NCBI RefSeq assembly: GCF_000203815.1
Contig: NW_004457713.1
Span: 73,358-137,357, forward strand
Reading direction: 5' to 3'
Source of the DNA: Dictyostelium fasciculatum
Lineage: Eukaryota
DNA: 64,000 nt
Both the position numbers and the translations under genes were made by a program. Below, one piece after another: positions 24,056-36,870 of the stretch; the first letter of the stretch is position 1, and each line of letters begins with the position of its first letter. The notes beneath the pieces were generated by a model. That model saw only the letters and a list, made by a program, of their open reading frames with translations. It was not told the DNA's origin and did not search any database.

Positions 24056-26718
24056 TTACAAGATTTCATTTCTTTCTTTGTTTCTTGCTTCAAATTTAAG
24101 AGATCTACGATAGAGATCCTCTTCATCGAAACGAGGTTTAAGATTTTTCAAGAGTTTAGATATTTGGTATACTGGTTGAAGGTTGTAACGAGACAATTGA
24201 GATCCGAGTACAGTAGAGATTACATTATAGACCAATCTTCTCTTGCTAAAGTTAATCAAATTACCAATGAAATCGGGATTACCATCTTCGATAAAGGTGA
24301 GATCGGTAAGACAAACACCGAGATAGGGCAGGAGTGGTGGATTGGCTTTGGCCAAAAGTTCACGATATACTTTGTAGGAAAAGGCATTGGATAGTTGAGC
24401 TTGTAGATCGGTATATGATTGTTGAACGGCCTTTGGCATTTCTTCACGTGTAAACTTTAATCTATGAATAGCAGATTGATTTAATCCTGATAAAATTGCC
24501 ATTGCTGTATTATAATTATTTAATTGTTTTAATAAAAACTAAATGAAAAAAAGGATTAATTAGTATCTATTATCTAATCACGATATCTATTTATAATTTA
24601 ACATACTTCACCAATTTTAACAAATTTAGCCATAACTCTTGCTCTATCTTTAACCTTGTCATGATTCAAAATCATTGAAGCAGTCCAAGAAGAGATTTCA
24701 TTAAAACGAGAGATGAGAGCCAAAACATTGGGAGAACGGTGACGAAGTTTTGGTTTGTTCCACGATTGATTGAGAAGTTCACTTGGTTTGATGGCAGCAA
24801 ACATTTCAAAATCGATAAGTGTAAGTTGACGAGCAATTTCTTCATCATCAACGTCTAGAATATCGAGTGATTGAGACCAAATATTCTTTGGTACCTTTGG
24901 TTCTGGTGCCGGTGTAGTAAAGACGACCTTGTTCTTTTTGTCGTCTTCATCCTCTTCAGAACCACCCTTGATCTTGGAGTTTAGCGTTGTCATGATACGA
25001 ACAGAGTGTGAATGGTTACCTTCGTGACGGAGGTTTTCGCAAAATGCCTTGATGGTTTGAATCATCTTGTCGTTGAGGTCAGAGAAACTCTCCTTGACCC
25101 AGTTTTTGAGTACATTGACAACACGAAGTTGAATGTAGATGGCAATCTTTTTCCATTCTTCCTCTGTTTGTCCGGCTAGTTGTGGTACATTGTAACGTTG
25201 AATGAGCTTTTGTAAAAGCTTCTCGGGTGTGGTAAACGATTGATAGGTCAAGAGGAAGATCTTTGTATATTCGAGATCGTGGTTCTTTTCTGGTGCCAAA
25301 AGGATAACCAATTTGTTGAGTGAAGCTGCCTTGATTGCTTTGATATTGTTACTTGGATCGTTGTTGTTGTTGTTGTTGTTCATATTCATGTGGTTGATAC
25401 TACTGCTGCTTGATAAGAGACTGGCGCTACTAAGATTGTTTGGTAATGGAATACCTCCTGATTGTGTAAGAATTGATGGTGATGGATGGCTTGGTGGTGT
25501 GGTTGGATTGGATGGTGTACCAGTCATCGATGCTCCCAATCCTCCACTCAACGATGTCGATTGTGTAATACCTGCTGGTGGTGATGTACCATTTTGTGCA
25601 GCTGCCATTGCTTGTTGTTGTTCCTTTTCTTTATCCTTTTCTTCAACATACAAAATATTGGAATCTGGTTCATCATAAATATTTGCATCTTCCATTTCAA
25701 CAGGTTCTATAAAAAAGAGAGAAATAAAACAAAAATCAATAAATGATTCATAACATACAAATATATTTCCTTCTTTTCTCTCCCTCTCTTACCTTCATAT
25801 AATAAACCCAAAAAAGCAAGATGTTCTTCTAATGATTGTTGAGCATCCTTTTGTCTTTCATCCAAAGTTAGTCCAAAAATCTTTTCAGAATCTTTCAAAG
25901 CTGTTCTAATTAAAGTTACTAATCTACTTTCATTAAATGCATAGTCTGGATCTAAATAAAAATAAAACAAGGAGTTTAGAATGATTAGTTGGTGTTATTA
26001 TTATTATTATTATTTGTTTCTTTTTGTCTTTTCCTTTACATACATTTTACATTTGCTTCTTCTTCTAAAGACTTTCTAGAATTTAATAAACCTTCATATT
26101 GTAAATGTTGAAGAATCAATTGAATCATTGAATCACCACCGATAAGCGGATCATTTGCAAGTGTCTCTTCGTAGGCATAACACTGACCCAAAGCTATACA
26201 TCTATTGATTGGTTTGATTCTATCGTAGAGATCAGCAATCTCTGGGTGTTCTTTGAGTGCTCTAACAGTCCACAATGATTTATCAATCTTTTCACCATTG
26301 TCATTTGCAGCACCAGCCGATGAATGTGAAAGGGGTATATCTGGTGATTGTCCAGAGCCAACCTCATCGACACCAGTGGATTGATGCAGATTACTGCTGC
26401 TTTGTGGTGGAGTACTTGGATAGAAACTATTTGGTTTGGGCATGAATCCACTGCTACCAAAACTACCACTACTACTTGTACGATTCAAATTTTGTAAGAT
26501 ATTCTTTGCTGCTTTATGATGTGATTTTCTATTTGCTAAATCAATACCTAATAATTATAATATATACATATAATAATAAATATAATAGATTGAAATGTTA
26601 ACGAAATACAGATATATATATATATATATATATTATTTGCTATGAATACTATATGTCATACTTGATCTTGCAGGTGATGTTCCTGAACGAGGAGATGAAT
26701 ATAACATTGAATCTCCAT
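24056..26718 (-). CDS. Ras guanine-nucleotide exchange factor with an N-terminal LisH motif. About 5 exons: 26661-26718, ~26030-26546, ~25793-25975, 24609-25706, 24056-24538.
   Basis: LisH (IQLILQHLQYEGLLNSRKSLEE). RasGEF N-terminal domain (LVTLIRTALKDSEKIFGL). CDC25-homology catalytic domain (LTLIDFEMFAAIKPSELLNQSW...KFVKIGE|FLLKQLNNYNTAMAILSGLNQSAIHRLKFT...LPYLGVCLTDLTFIEDGNPD). The last intron was placed so that the conserved LNNYNTAMAIL segment is restored (phase 0 GAA|GTATGT...TTTAG|TTT). The junction around 25975-26030 is unresolved. Confidence 0.78.
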
Positions 26719-27494
26719 TTGGTGATCCCTATGATAGAACAAATAGAATATTATTAGTTTAAATTCTAACTACATGATGATGATGAATGATAATATATCT
26801 AAATCTATATTTACAGAATTGGGTAGTGACATGATGACGATGATGATATGCTATAAGAATAGTTTTACAGATTTTATGTTTGTTGTTCGACTACTACTTT
26901 CTGCTCTGCTCCTGCCTACTACTACTACTATTTGTTATGTTTATCCTTTTATATATATTGTTGAGTAGAGTATCTATCTGCTGTCTATTATAATGGTGTC
27001 ATACAAACAAGCAAGTTATAGGGTGAGTTGATTCTTTTTTTTTTTTTTTTTTCAGTACAATTTTTTTGACCAGATCTTTATCTTACTTTGGTTCAAGTTG
27101 ACTTTATATATCTATTATCTTTTCAACTTTTCTCTCATAAATCTATACGACAGGACAGATTTACTCCCTAATGATATGAATAGTACTATTCAAAGATGTA
27201 CAGCTCATCATCATTGCCACCGATCAACTAGATGATACAACTACGCTCACAAGATAATGGTTAGAGATTATATTCTCACACAATCATGTTTATTTATGAA
27301 GCTGATTGGCCAAAGTTTGTCGGGGAGAACAGTGTAATATGTAAGTGTAGTTTAATGATGATACAGTTTAATCATTAACGTGGTGGTTTTGTCTTTTTAA
27401 TATAGATTTTGGAGCTGGCAAGTTTAGCCACAACGGCAGTAGAGGTTGTCCAACCGTCTTCAAGGCATCTACCGTGGCTGATCACTTTTAATCA

Positions 27495-27666
27495 GTCGAC
27501 TGCAATGTTATAATGATCAACGAGTTCAATACCTCAAATTGAATTCGATTGTTGGTCTATGTTCAATTCTCTTTTGCCAAGCATTTTGATGATGGTTGTT
27601 CACCTTTGACGTGTGGCGCAGAGGTGAGGTATTAAACTCGTTTATCATTATAACATTGTAGTCGAC
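27495..27666. other. Long imperfect hairpin / inverted repeat (32-nt arms, 30/32 matches, ~108-nt loop) in an ORF-free, GC-elevated 1.4 kb interval
   Basis: Left arm gtcgactgcaatgttataatgatcaacgagtt (27495-27526). Right arm aactcgtttatcattataacattgtagtcgac (27635-27666), which is the reverse complement. No ORF of 60 aa or more lies on either strand between 26970 and 28127. Confidence 0.7.
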
Positions 27667-27852
27667 TACTGCTGCTGCTGCTCAACTGTCAATCGGCAAA
27701 TGACTATGGTCACGCTCATTGCTGCCAACTCAAACAAGGCAGCTTGGCTTAAGTCGACTTATTGTATTCCAAAACATTAATAATAATAAAATAATAATTA
27801 TTTTTATGTTATTTTAAACATACATATTTAATGATCATCTTTCGCGATCAAA

Positions 27853-27868
27853 GGGGGGGGGGGGGGGG
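27853..27868. repeat. G16 homopolymer (second poly-G tract, same strand and same aaagG(n)tt context as 24014-24030)
   Basis: tcaaag(g)16ttctac. Together with the first tract it brackets ~3.8 kb containing the RasGEF gene and the hairpin region. Confidence 0.95.
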
Positions 27869-28137
27869 TTCTACATCCAATTCCTTTGTATCTTATTGGT
27901 CTGTATACATCTTTCCAGAGAATCAACTATAGATACCAAGAAGGAGGATGTTGAGGGAGGCATTTTTTTATCTCTGTTTAACCTTGTACAACAGGTTAAC
28001 TGAACAGGACAACTCGATCTGTTCTACTAATTCAACAGATTTTTAAGAAATGGTTGATATATTTATTTATTTATTAAATTTAATTTATTAATTAATTAAT
28101 TTATTTATTTCATATTATTTTTGTACAATGTGTGTAT

Positions 28138-31100
28138 TTATATTTCCAATAAATGAACAAAAGTACTACGAGAAAGGCATTGATAGATTGGAGAATGAGA
28201 ATTGGTTGATGGGTAACTGTAGATTTGTGATAGTTGATGGAGTAGCTTTTCTGCTTGATTCGATTTGTCCTTTAGAAGAATCAAAAAGAGCATTACTAAT
28301 TGACCAAGTATTCTTTCTTCACCACCTTGTTTGACGATAAAACTATCAGATTCAGAGATACCAATCAATGGAAGTATAACATTCTTTTTCCATCTGATTC
28401 CATTAGACAATAGACTATCTACTACTTGGATGAGTGTCTCTACTGTACCACCACTAACTGTTTCTGAACCACAATGAGTGATGGTTGTGTCCTTACCACG
28501 AGATGATTTTCTCTTTGCTGACGCACTTGCAGAACCTCCTCTTCCACCTTTACTTGAGAATGAGTCCCTAAAGGCTGAAGTACCAGTACTTAAAAGTTCG
28601 GATTTGGGTGGGGCCATATCTTGTGCTTTCTTTTCTCTAGAGTCAAACATTGAAAGGAACGATGGTAGAGTTCTAGACATCTCAATATTATTGTTCACGT
28701 TTGTGTTCTTGTACATGTTGTTATTGTTATTGTTGCCATTGATTTGTTCTAGTAGTTCAAGTTGTGAATGTTGTTGTAGTTGTTGTTGATAATGTTGTAC
28801 TTGTTGTTGTTGTAGAGCTGATAGTTGTTGTGGTTGTGGAGATGGTGCCTGTTGTGGTTGTGCTTGTTGATAATAAAATTGCTTTTGTAGTTTTTGTGGT
28901 TGTTGTTGTTGTCCTTGTAGTTGTTGTTGTAGTACTAGTTGTTGTCCTTGTAGTTGTTGTTGTTGTGGAATCATTCTCATCATTCCACTTGGTTTGGGAG
29001 CTGGCATTGATTTGTCAGCAGCAGCAGCAGATGATCCAAAAGTACTCGAGAGAAGCGAACTAATAGATGAAGCACCTGAAGGAATATCAAAAGATCGGTT
29101 AGAGATAGGAGCCAAAGTAACTGAATTAGGACGAGAGGTAGGAGCAGGAGGGGCTCTACTAACAGGTGGGGCAGGGGCAGGAGAAGGAGCAGGAGCAGGA
29201 GCAGGAGTTGGAGCTTCATAATCGAATAGACCGAATCCCATTGCTCCATCGTCTTCTTCTTCTTCTTCTTCATATCTCACCACAGATTTCTTAGCATATG
29301 ATGATGATGATGATGAGGAGCTAGCAATGGCAGCAGCAGCACTGGCAACTGGAGTTGATGAGAAAAAGTCAAACATGTCACCATCTGCGAAACCCATGTC
29401 TTGTTCCTCTTCTTCTTGCACTACTTGTTTGGCCAACATCTTTTTTCCAGCCATTGGTAAAGTAGAGGTGGTTGCAAAAGAAGAAGAGGTAGTAGTAGCT
29501 GCTGGTTTGTTGACAACAATAGGTTCAGCTGGATAATCGCCAAATAGATCGAATCCCATGTCGCCCTCTGAAGAATCATCATCATCAGCAGCATAAGGTG
29601 TTGATATGATGGTCTTTCGGTCGTATGATCTTTCTTTTTCTTCGGCTACAGGTTCAGGGTAATCTGTCATATATGCCAAACCAGAATCATCATCCCATTC
29701 TTCATCGTCGTCTTGATCTGCATTATTTTCCTCTTCAATGAGTGCCGACGAAAGTCTTCTTCTCGATAGAGCACTTGCAAGAGTATACATCATATCAGAC
29801 TTTGCTTCCTCTTTCATTATCTCCTTTTTGACTTGTTCAGATGTCTTTTTCAATGCGAATCCACTTTTAATAGCACCAAGTAGAGACGATTGCTTTTCTG
29901 ATTCATTAACAGCAGCAACAGAGAGAGAAGAAGCAGCACGTGGTGCATTGCCTGGTACTGGTGGAGGTGGAGCAGCTAGAGGGGCACTTGGTGGTCTAGG
30001 AGCACTTGGTAGTGGTGGAGGTGGTGGTGCACCAAAAGCAGAAGCACCACGTGGTGCATTGCCTGGTGGTGGTGGTGGAGGTGGAGCAGACTTGGTGATG
30101 GGGGCTAGAGTTGGTCTTGGAGGGGCACTTGTTGTTGGTGGTGGTGGTGGTGGTCCTCCAACCAAAGCTTTACCACGTGGTAGGTGTATCATACCGTTGC
30201 CACCAAATGATCTGGCAGCTGGTTGGACAAACATTCCTCCCAATGGTACTGATGTAGCTCCAAACAATGTTGTAGGTACACCTGCTGACATTGAACTTGA
30301 AAATGATGAACTACTTGCAGAGTATGATAGATTACCTGCAGCTGAGTAACTTGGAGAAGTTGGTGAATAACTTGGTGAAGTTGGGGAGTAACTTGGAGAA
30401 GTTGGGGAGTAACTTGGTGAAGTTGGTTCATAACTTGGAGAACTTGGTTCATAACTTGGTTCATAACTTGAATAAGTTGGTAAATAAGTTGGGGCATCAT
30501 CACGTGGAGCATATGAACCGAAACTTTGAGCATAGTCATGTGAAACAATACGAGATTCTCTTGATCTGACTGCCCCACCTCTATCTTCTTTCAAAGATGG
30601 CTTCGACTCCTTTTTACACTTTTTCTTTTCGAGTACTTCTTTGAATTTTGCTTTAGGAGCTAATAATTCACCACCACCACCCCAAGAATTATCATATGGA
30701 GCAGCTTCACCGCCTTCGCCATATCTCATGTCATGTTCATCTTCTTCATCCATAATGTCAGACCAACTTTGTTTTGGTTTCTCTGGTGTAACAAGATAAC
30801 TGTCCAATGTAGCACCACCAACAATTGACCATTGATTGATTTTAGATGGTGTTGGTTGATCGAGATCAATCTCTGTTGAAGACTGTTGTGGTTTCTTTTT
30901 AGATGGTGTTAGATTGATCAATGTTGTTGGTCCATTTTCCTCTTGTGTCCAATCTGTTAGATCATCACGAATAGTTTGCAAGATGAGTGTCGATTCTGAA
31001 TAACTATCCTCTGAAAGTGTATCCAATTCACTGATTGCATCGTCAAATGACTTTTTAGCCAATTGAATGGCTGTTTCCGGTTTTCCAATCTTTTTATAAA

Positions 31101-34100
31101 AGGTGGCTACCTTTTTAACAAGACGTAGATGGACTGTGGAATTGGGAGGTAGACATTGTTGAGACTTGCCAAGGGCACGATCGAAAATCTCTTTTGTCTT
31201 TTCAATGACCGACTTTCTGGAAATGTCATTACTCTCGACATTGGACAATGCATCCATGATTTCAGCATTCTTTTCCAACAAAACAATTGCATGTTCTTGA
31301 ATGGTACACTTGGTCAATGATGAATCAATCAATCTTAGAATAGATTGAGATTGATAGTTTAACTCGTCGATTGCCTTTTGCTTTTCTCTCTTTAACTTGT
31401 TGAGAGCCAATGGGGTGGCTGGTTTGGATGACGGGGTGGTGGGTTGTGGCACTTGTTTGTTAATCTTTGATTGAGTCACGGTGAGGAATGAATCAATTGA
31501 TTCGGCCAATAGATTGATTTCTCTATTATTGAAATCACCAAAAGTATCTGCTATTTGATGGAAAATACGGAGTGTTTGGTTATTGTCTTTACTCTCCTCG
31601 ATGAGATTCTCAAGTTGTTGACGTTTGGTGAGCATGGTTGGATCGGATTCATTGTCGACACCATTGCCGGCATCATGCTCATCTTGGAAGGGGATGTATG
31701 GTAGTGCGTCAACCTTGTATTGATCGACAATCTCTTTGAGTGGTGGTGCATTCTTGAGTGGTTGTTCATTCTTTTCACGTTTCTCTACGGCTACAAACGA
31801 AGTGAATTGAGTGACGATCGAGTAACGAATCGATAGATCAATGACATCACTCTTTTTGGCAAGTTTAATCTTTTCGTGTTGTATTTTGTTTTCACTGTAC
31901 GATCCGTCATTGTACTCTCTGATCATGGATCGAGCTGCCAACTTGTGAATCAAACTGCCACGAATAAATCCAATCTCTGGTGTGTGGACAGTGTTGGTGA
32001 GCAGACCACCGCCAGGTGCTTGACAGGTGAGTGTGGCACGTGTACAAATACCCGAGAATGCATAGATCACTTGACGTTGTTGACGGAAAATGGATGTGAT
32101 CACTGATGGCGACTGTTCAATCTTGTCGGTAGAGTCAAACTTGACGCAGACATTGCTCATTGCCGGTTGGACACAACGTTGCAGTTGGTCGATAATCTTT
32201 TTGGCCGATGGACGTTTGTTTGGTGTGATAAACTCTGATTGACCTGCACCCAAACGAGCAATCGATTTGATAAAGTGACGAGATACATTCTCACCAATAC
32301 CAAAACAAAAGATACGACAAAATGATGATGCACGCTTGACCAATTGTTGGATTGTCGATTCGTTAGAGACATTACCGTCGGACAAGAGTATAATATTGTT
32401 TGGACGAGTGGGTGTGGCATTGGAAGAGAGAAGGATGAGTGACTCTAGTGGCAGTAAAAGTTGTGTACCACCATAGCTTGGTTGCAACTTGGTGTTGATA
32501 TGGTTCCATGCAATCTGGAGATTGGCATCGGTCGGTGCAACATTTTCAGCAAAGAGCCAATCGTAAATATCACCAAACTGAACGATATTGAAACGTACAT
32601 TCATACCACGGAGGTTTTGTACTGCCATACGAAGTGTTCTCAACATGTCTTGGAATGGGTCACCACGCATCGAAGCACTCAAATCGACGAGGAAGGTGAT
32701 GTCGGTTGGTGGAGTTGAATCTGCATCAGCAATACCAGTATCCAAATCCAACTTTGGATAGAAAGCCAACATGGAAGCATGATGTCCTTTACTGTCAACC
32801 TCTACCCACATACGTGGAGAATATACATCCTCCAGACCAATCAACAATTGGAAGTTTTTACCAAGTGATAGAGTGTCGGTTGCCTTACTGTCTCTTGTTA
32901 GTTCTACCGTTGCTTTGGTATGTGTCTTTTTGAATCGAATGGGATGTGATGGTGACACAATCTTTACAATGTTGTATGGCATTTCAAGACCTACTTGAAC
33001 CGATAGATTGGCTTGTGAATCATCGGATACTTGGACGGTAGAAGTGGTGGCTTGGGTGAATTGAGCACCCGATAGTTGTCTCTGAGCAGGTGCAATACTG
33101 GCAGGTAGAACAAATGAAATGTCGAGACCGTCGACACTCAGCTCAGTGACATAGGTTATCTTGATGAGTACCTCTGCATTGGCTGGCAAGTTACCAACGC
33201 TGACTGTAAACACATCTGGTTTCTCTTCGTCCATTAGATAAGCTCCATGACCTTCGGCAATAGCTTGGCGATATTCCTTGTGAGCCTTTTCCTTTTCCTT
33301 TACCTCTCCAATAATATGTTTACCATTGATGTATGCTTCAAAACCACATACAGCTCCCATTTCATCCAATGGGAATACATACTTGGCTTCTATTGGTTTG
33401 GATGAGGTATTCTTGTAGTGTTGGTAGATGGTAACCTCTCCAATGAGATCCAATAACTTGGCTCTTACATGAACAGCCTTTAGTGGAATCTGAACACCTC
33501 CACCAATCAAACCAGACTCTTTTGCCTCTTCTTGTTCCTCTTCTTGTTTTGATTTTGGTGGAACAGTAGATGAAACAACATCACTATCAATAACAGATGG
33601 GATGACAGGCTTTTCTTCAATCTTTAGAGTTGATTGAGGTATTGGCTTTAAAGATTTGTCTTGTGGTTCAAATTCGATTAGATATTGCAATGTTTGTTGC
33701 TTTGGATCGAAAATGACCATTTCATCGTCTGAAAATTGAGAGTTGTTATTGTCATTCTTGGCGACACCTTGGACACTGTTGAAACCACGTGGTGGTTCGA
33801 CAAGCTGTGTTTGATGACTTGTATATTTCTTTGTGCTTCCCAATGCGACACGACACATCAACATGAATCTATTTGGTGATGCAATGACAGGAGTATCACA
33901 ATATTGATAACTAGTATTTGCATTGGTTCCAAAATAAATACCAGCACCCAAATAACCTGCATCACGTCTCTTTGCACCTGCTACCGATCCCGACAACTTT
34001 GGTGTCAACAAACCACGAGACAAAATACCTAAAATATTACTTGTTCTACTACCATGATACAATGTCTTTACATTTTGAACTTTAAATGTTAAATTCTCTT

Positions 34101-35865
34101 CATCTCTTCTTTCAATTTTAAATATATTTTTAATATTCATTTTCTAAAAAAGAAATAATAAAATAAAAGATAGAATTAATATTAAAAGGAAAATAAATAT
34201 TATTATTATTATACTTGTTAATTATTATTTTTTTACATACATGATTTGGATTTAAATTAACTTGGGATGATAACTTTTTAAAATCTTTTGAAGTAGAGTC
34301 AATACGAGAGATATTACATCTCATGGCACGGTATCTAGTATCGATTGGATTTGAGGTGGCATTAGAGACACCTAGTGATTCACCAACATTTAAAAGATCT
34401 TTCATCAATTGTACCATATCTTGAATGTCACCAAGAGATGATTCAGGTGATGATCGAGCTTGTGGAATATGACCATACAACTCTTGATAGAGTTTGGTTA
34501 CAACTGGGTCAGAGGTAGGTGTTCCTGATTCAAGTGCAGTGGCAATTTGGGTGAGTACCAACTCTGCCTTTTCAACTTGTGGCAATGACACTGTTCCCAG
34601 TGGCGTTTGAAGTGAACCCTCTGGAGTGAGTGATAGTTTACCCTTTGATTTGGCATCCATCTTGTCTTCCAAACTTGCAATAGCTTCATTATACAATGTA
34701 CCAACCAATTGTTGTATCTCTGGTTGAAGTAGTGATGTCGACGATTGTTGCAATGGATTCTGTGCAGTTAGTTTATCAGAACCTACAGACAATGTCATCA
34801 TTGTTTGTTTTTGGTATCCTGGTTTAGTGACCGAATATTGAACGACTAAATAGTTGTAGATAGAGAGTGCGTCGGCAATCGAACTGGCACTGATCCACTC
34901 CTTTTTAGAAGTACCAACAATATCAGTAGTACGACCTTGGTGGAGGAATACACGGTAATACGACTGATCATTCGTATCTCTTTCATTAGATACGACAGTA
35001 TTGACATCACCAATTTGTATGAGTGACAATGTTCCACCGGCAGCATGCACTTCAATGCAAGCAAATTCCTTTGTACCTCCATTGGTCAACAAACTGTATT
35101 TAACAACATGATACTTGTCTTCTGGAAAGGTTGGTGTATCTCCAGCAATTGACTTGTATACATGTCTCTTTAATTGTGAGAATTTATCTCCAGCCGTAGC
35201 ACCACCAGCAGCAGTTGCACCATTGCCGTCGTCCAAAAGATTTCCAAAATCCAATGATTGAAAGTGATGTTCATTAATGTTGTACAGTGATGCCAATGCA
35301 TATTCATCAGGTGATAGTAAAGATCCAAATTGAGCAGAATCCTCTACATATTGTTTAGTGACCACTGGTATATTAAACTTTAATGCCTTTCTAATATTGA
35401 ATGATAAATCATCCAAAAACATATTCTTTTTCTTTCTTGGTGTCTTTTCCAATTGATTACCATCTTCATCTACATCTAATAATTCATTACCATCATCATT
35501 CTCTTCTTCTCCTTCTTGTTGGTTATCATTATTATTATTATTATCTTTTGATAATCTATTTAAATCATTGATACAACAAATATAGTAATTTACCTAGATA
35601 GATAGATGGAGAGTAATAGTTTAGTTAATATCTATTTCAAACACTTATACTTTCTCTCTCTTTATAAATACAATACTTTTTGATTTAATAAAGTAGTGAT
35701 GGAACCACCATATTTAATGATTAACTCTTGAACTACTTTTTTATCTTTTAATGTTACACCTCCACCATCTACATAACATAACTTTGATTCTAAAATCTTG
35801 TTTACAACACCACCGGTAGAGTTGATGTTATTGCTGCTGTTACCACCACTAGTTCTAATTGTCAT
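28138..35865 (-). CDS. Vault-type poly(ADP-ribose) polymerase (PARP4/vPARP-like), about 2.5k aa. Domain order is BRCT, WGR-like, PARP regulatory and catalytic, VIT, vWA, then a very long disordered tail with Pol-II-CTD-like heptads, P-stalk-like acidic motifs and poly-Pro. Exons: ~35668-35865, 34236-35590, 28138-34150.
   Basis: BRCT-like start ([29 protein letters not shown]). PARP catalytic H-G-S/Y/E signature ([20 protein letters not shown]...GAGIYFG...LMCRVALG). VIT ([26 protein letters not shown]...) and vWA MIDAS motif (FLVDLSASM). The tail has [55 protein letters not shown], and PPPPPP tracts. Two introns verified in phase (AAA|GTATTG...TCTAG|GTA and CAT|GTATGT...TTTTAG|AAA). Confidence 0.8.
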
Positions 35866-36234
35866 TTATCTCTGTGTGTGTTGCAAAGTTGCTTATGTTA
35901 TCTCTGTCTCTATCTATTTATATATATATATTTACAATAAATGTTTATTATATCTTCTTTTTTATATTTTTAAATTAATTCACAATCTTCTTTAACTTGA
36001 GTTATTTAATGTATATACAAATAGTTAACTATGTACAGTAGTAGTAGTTTAGTTGTGTGTCTAGTTGTTCACAACTTTCTATGTCTCTGAAGAAAAATCA
36101 AGAGTAATAACATTTCTTTCTCATTTTCTCACTTGTTACCTTAAAAGATTCATCGAAATGGATATTTTCAAGGTCGTGGCCACTCGATTGTTGTAATACA
36201 TCGAATGTAAGCACACAGTATTATAACAAAAGGT

Positions 36235-36235
<1 letters not shown>

Positions 36236-36265
<30 letters not shown>
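36236..36265. repeat. (AT)n microsatellite; nearby (GTT)n at 36775-36836 and (ATC)/(CAT)n at 36946-36970
   Basis: Direct inspection. Confidence 0.95.
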
Positions 36266-36270
<5 letters not shown>

Positions 36271-36334
36271 AGTTTGTTTAGGTTATTTTAAATTATCTAT
36301 ATTATATTATGTTGTTTAAGCGTTCTTTCTTAAT

Positions 36335-36794
36335 TTATGAGTAAAAGTAGATCCAGCTTCTGGATGGTGTTGAGTTGCTTCTCTCTGTATGAATTGATAA
36401 TATGATTAATATAAACATTATTTGACAATTATATTATATGTCATCTGACACCTCTCTCTCTCTCTATCCTATCCTATCCTAGTAGTAATACTAACCTCTA
36501 ATCTAGTAGAAATGTAAAAGGTACCTGCAAGTACACCAACAAGACCTACAACAAACTTATTACGGAAAGCAGCATATCCTTTTGGGAAGTCATTCCACCA
36601 ACCTGTATTAAAATAGTTTGAAAAAGAAATATATATAAGTATTCATTATTGCTATTATTATTATGATTACTGTTCAATCAACTATTATTATCATCATCAA
36701 TGCATGCTGAGCTGTAGAGTAATGTGTTGTTTTTAACTAATATTATCTTGATTATTGATGAATGATATATGTTGTTATTGTTGTTGTTGTTGTT

Positions 36795-36833
<39 letters not shown>

Positions 36834-36870
36834 GAATCCCTATGATTGTCATACCTCCTGAAAATGCCCA
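36335..36870 (-). CDS. Probable small (~70-80 aa) single-TM protein gene missed by the ORF track. It has at least 3 micro-exons and resembles a mitochondrial membrane small subunit (ATP-synthase subunit-e-like GxxxG helix).
   Basis: Minus-strand exons ...VWAFSG|G WWNDFPKGYAAFRNKFVVGLVGVLAGTFYISTRLE|REATQHHPEAGSTFTHKLRKNA*. They are joined by GTATGA..ACAG and GTTAGT..TACAG introns in consistent phase. The start codon is not located. Confidence 0.35.

Noticed and set aside
28478-30569. Several plus-strand ORFs (poly-Val, poly-Gly/Ala, poly-Leu etc.)
   Set aside because: They are antisense to the low-complexity tail of the PARP4-like gene and are pure homopolymer or repeat translations. The minus-strand 2000-aa ORF is the real gene.
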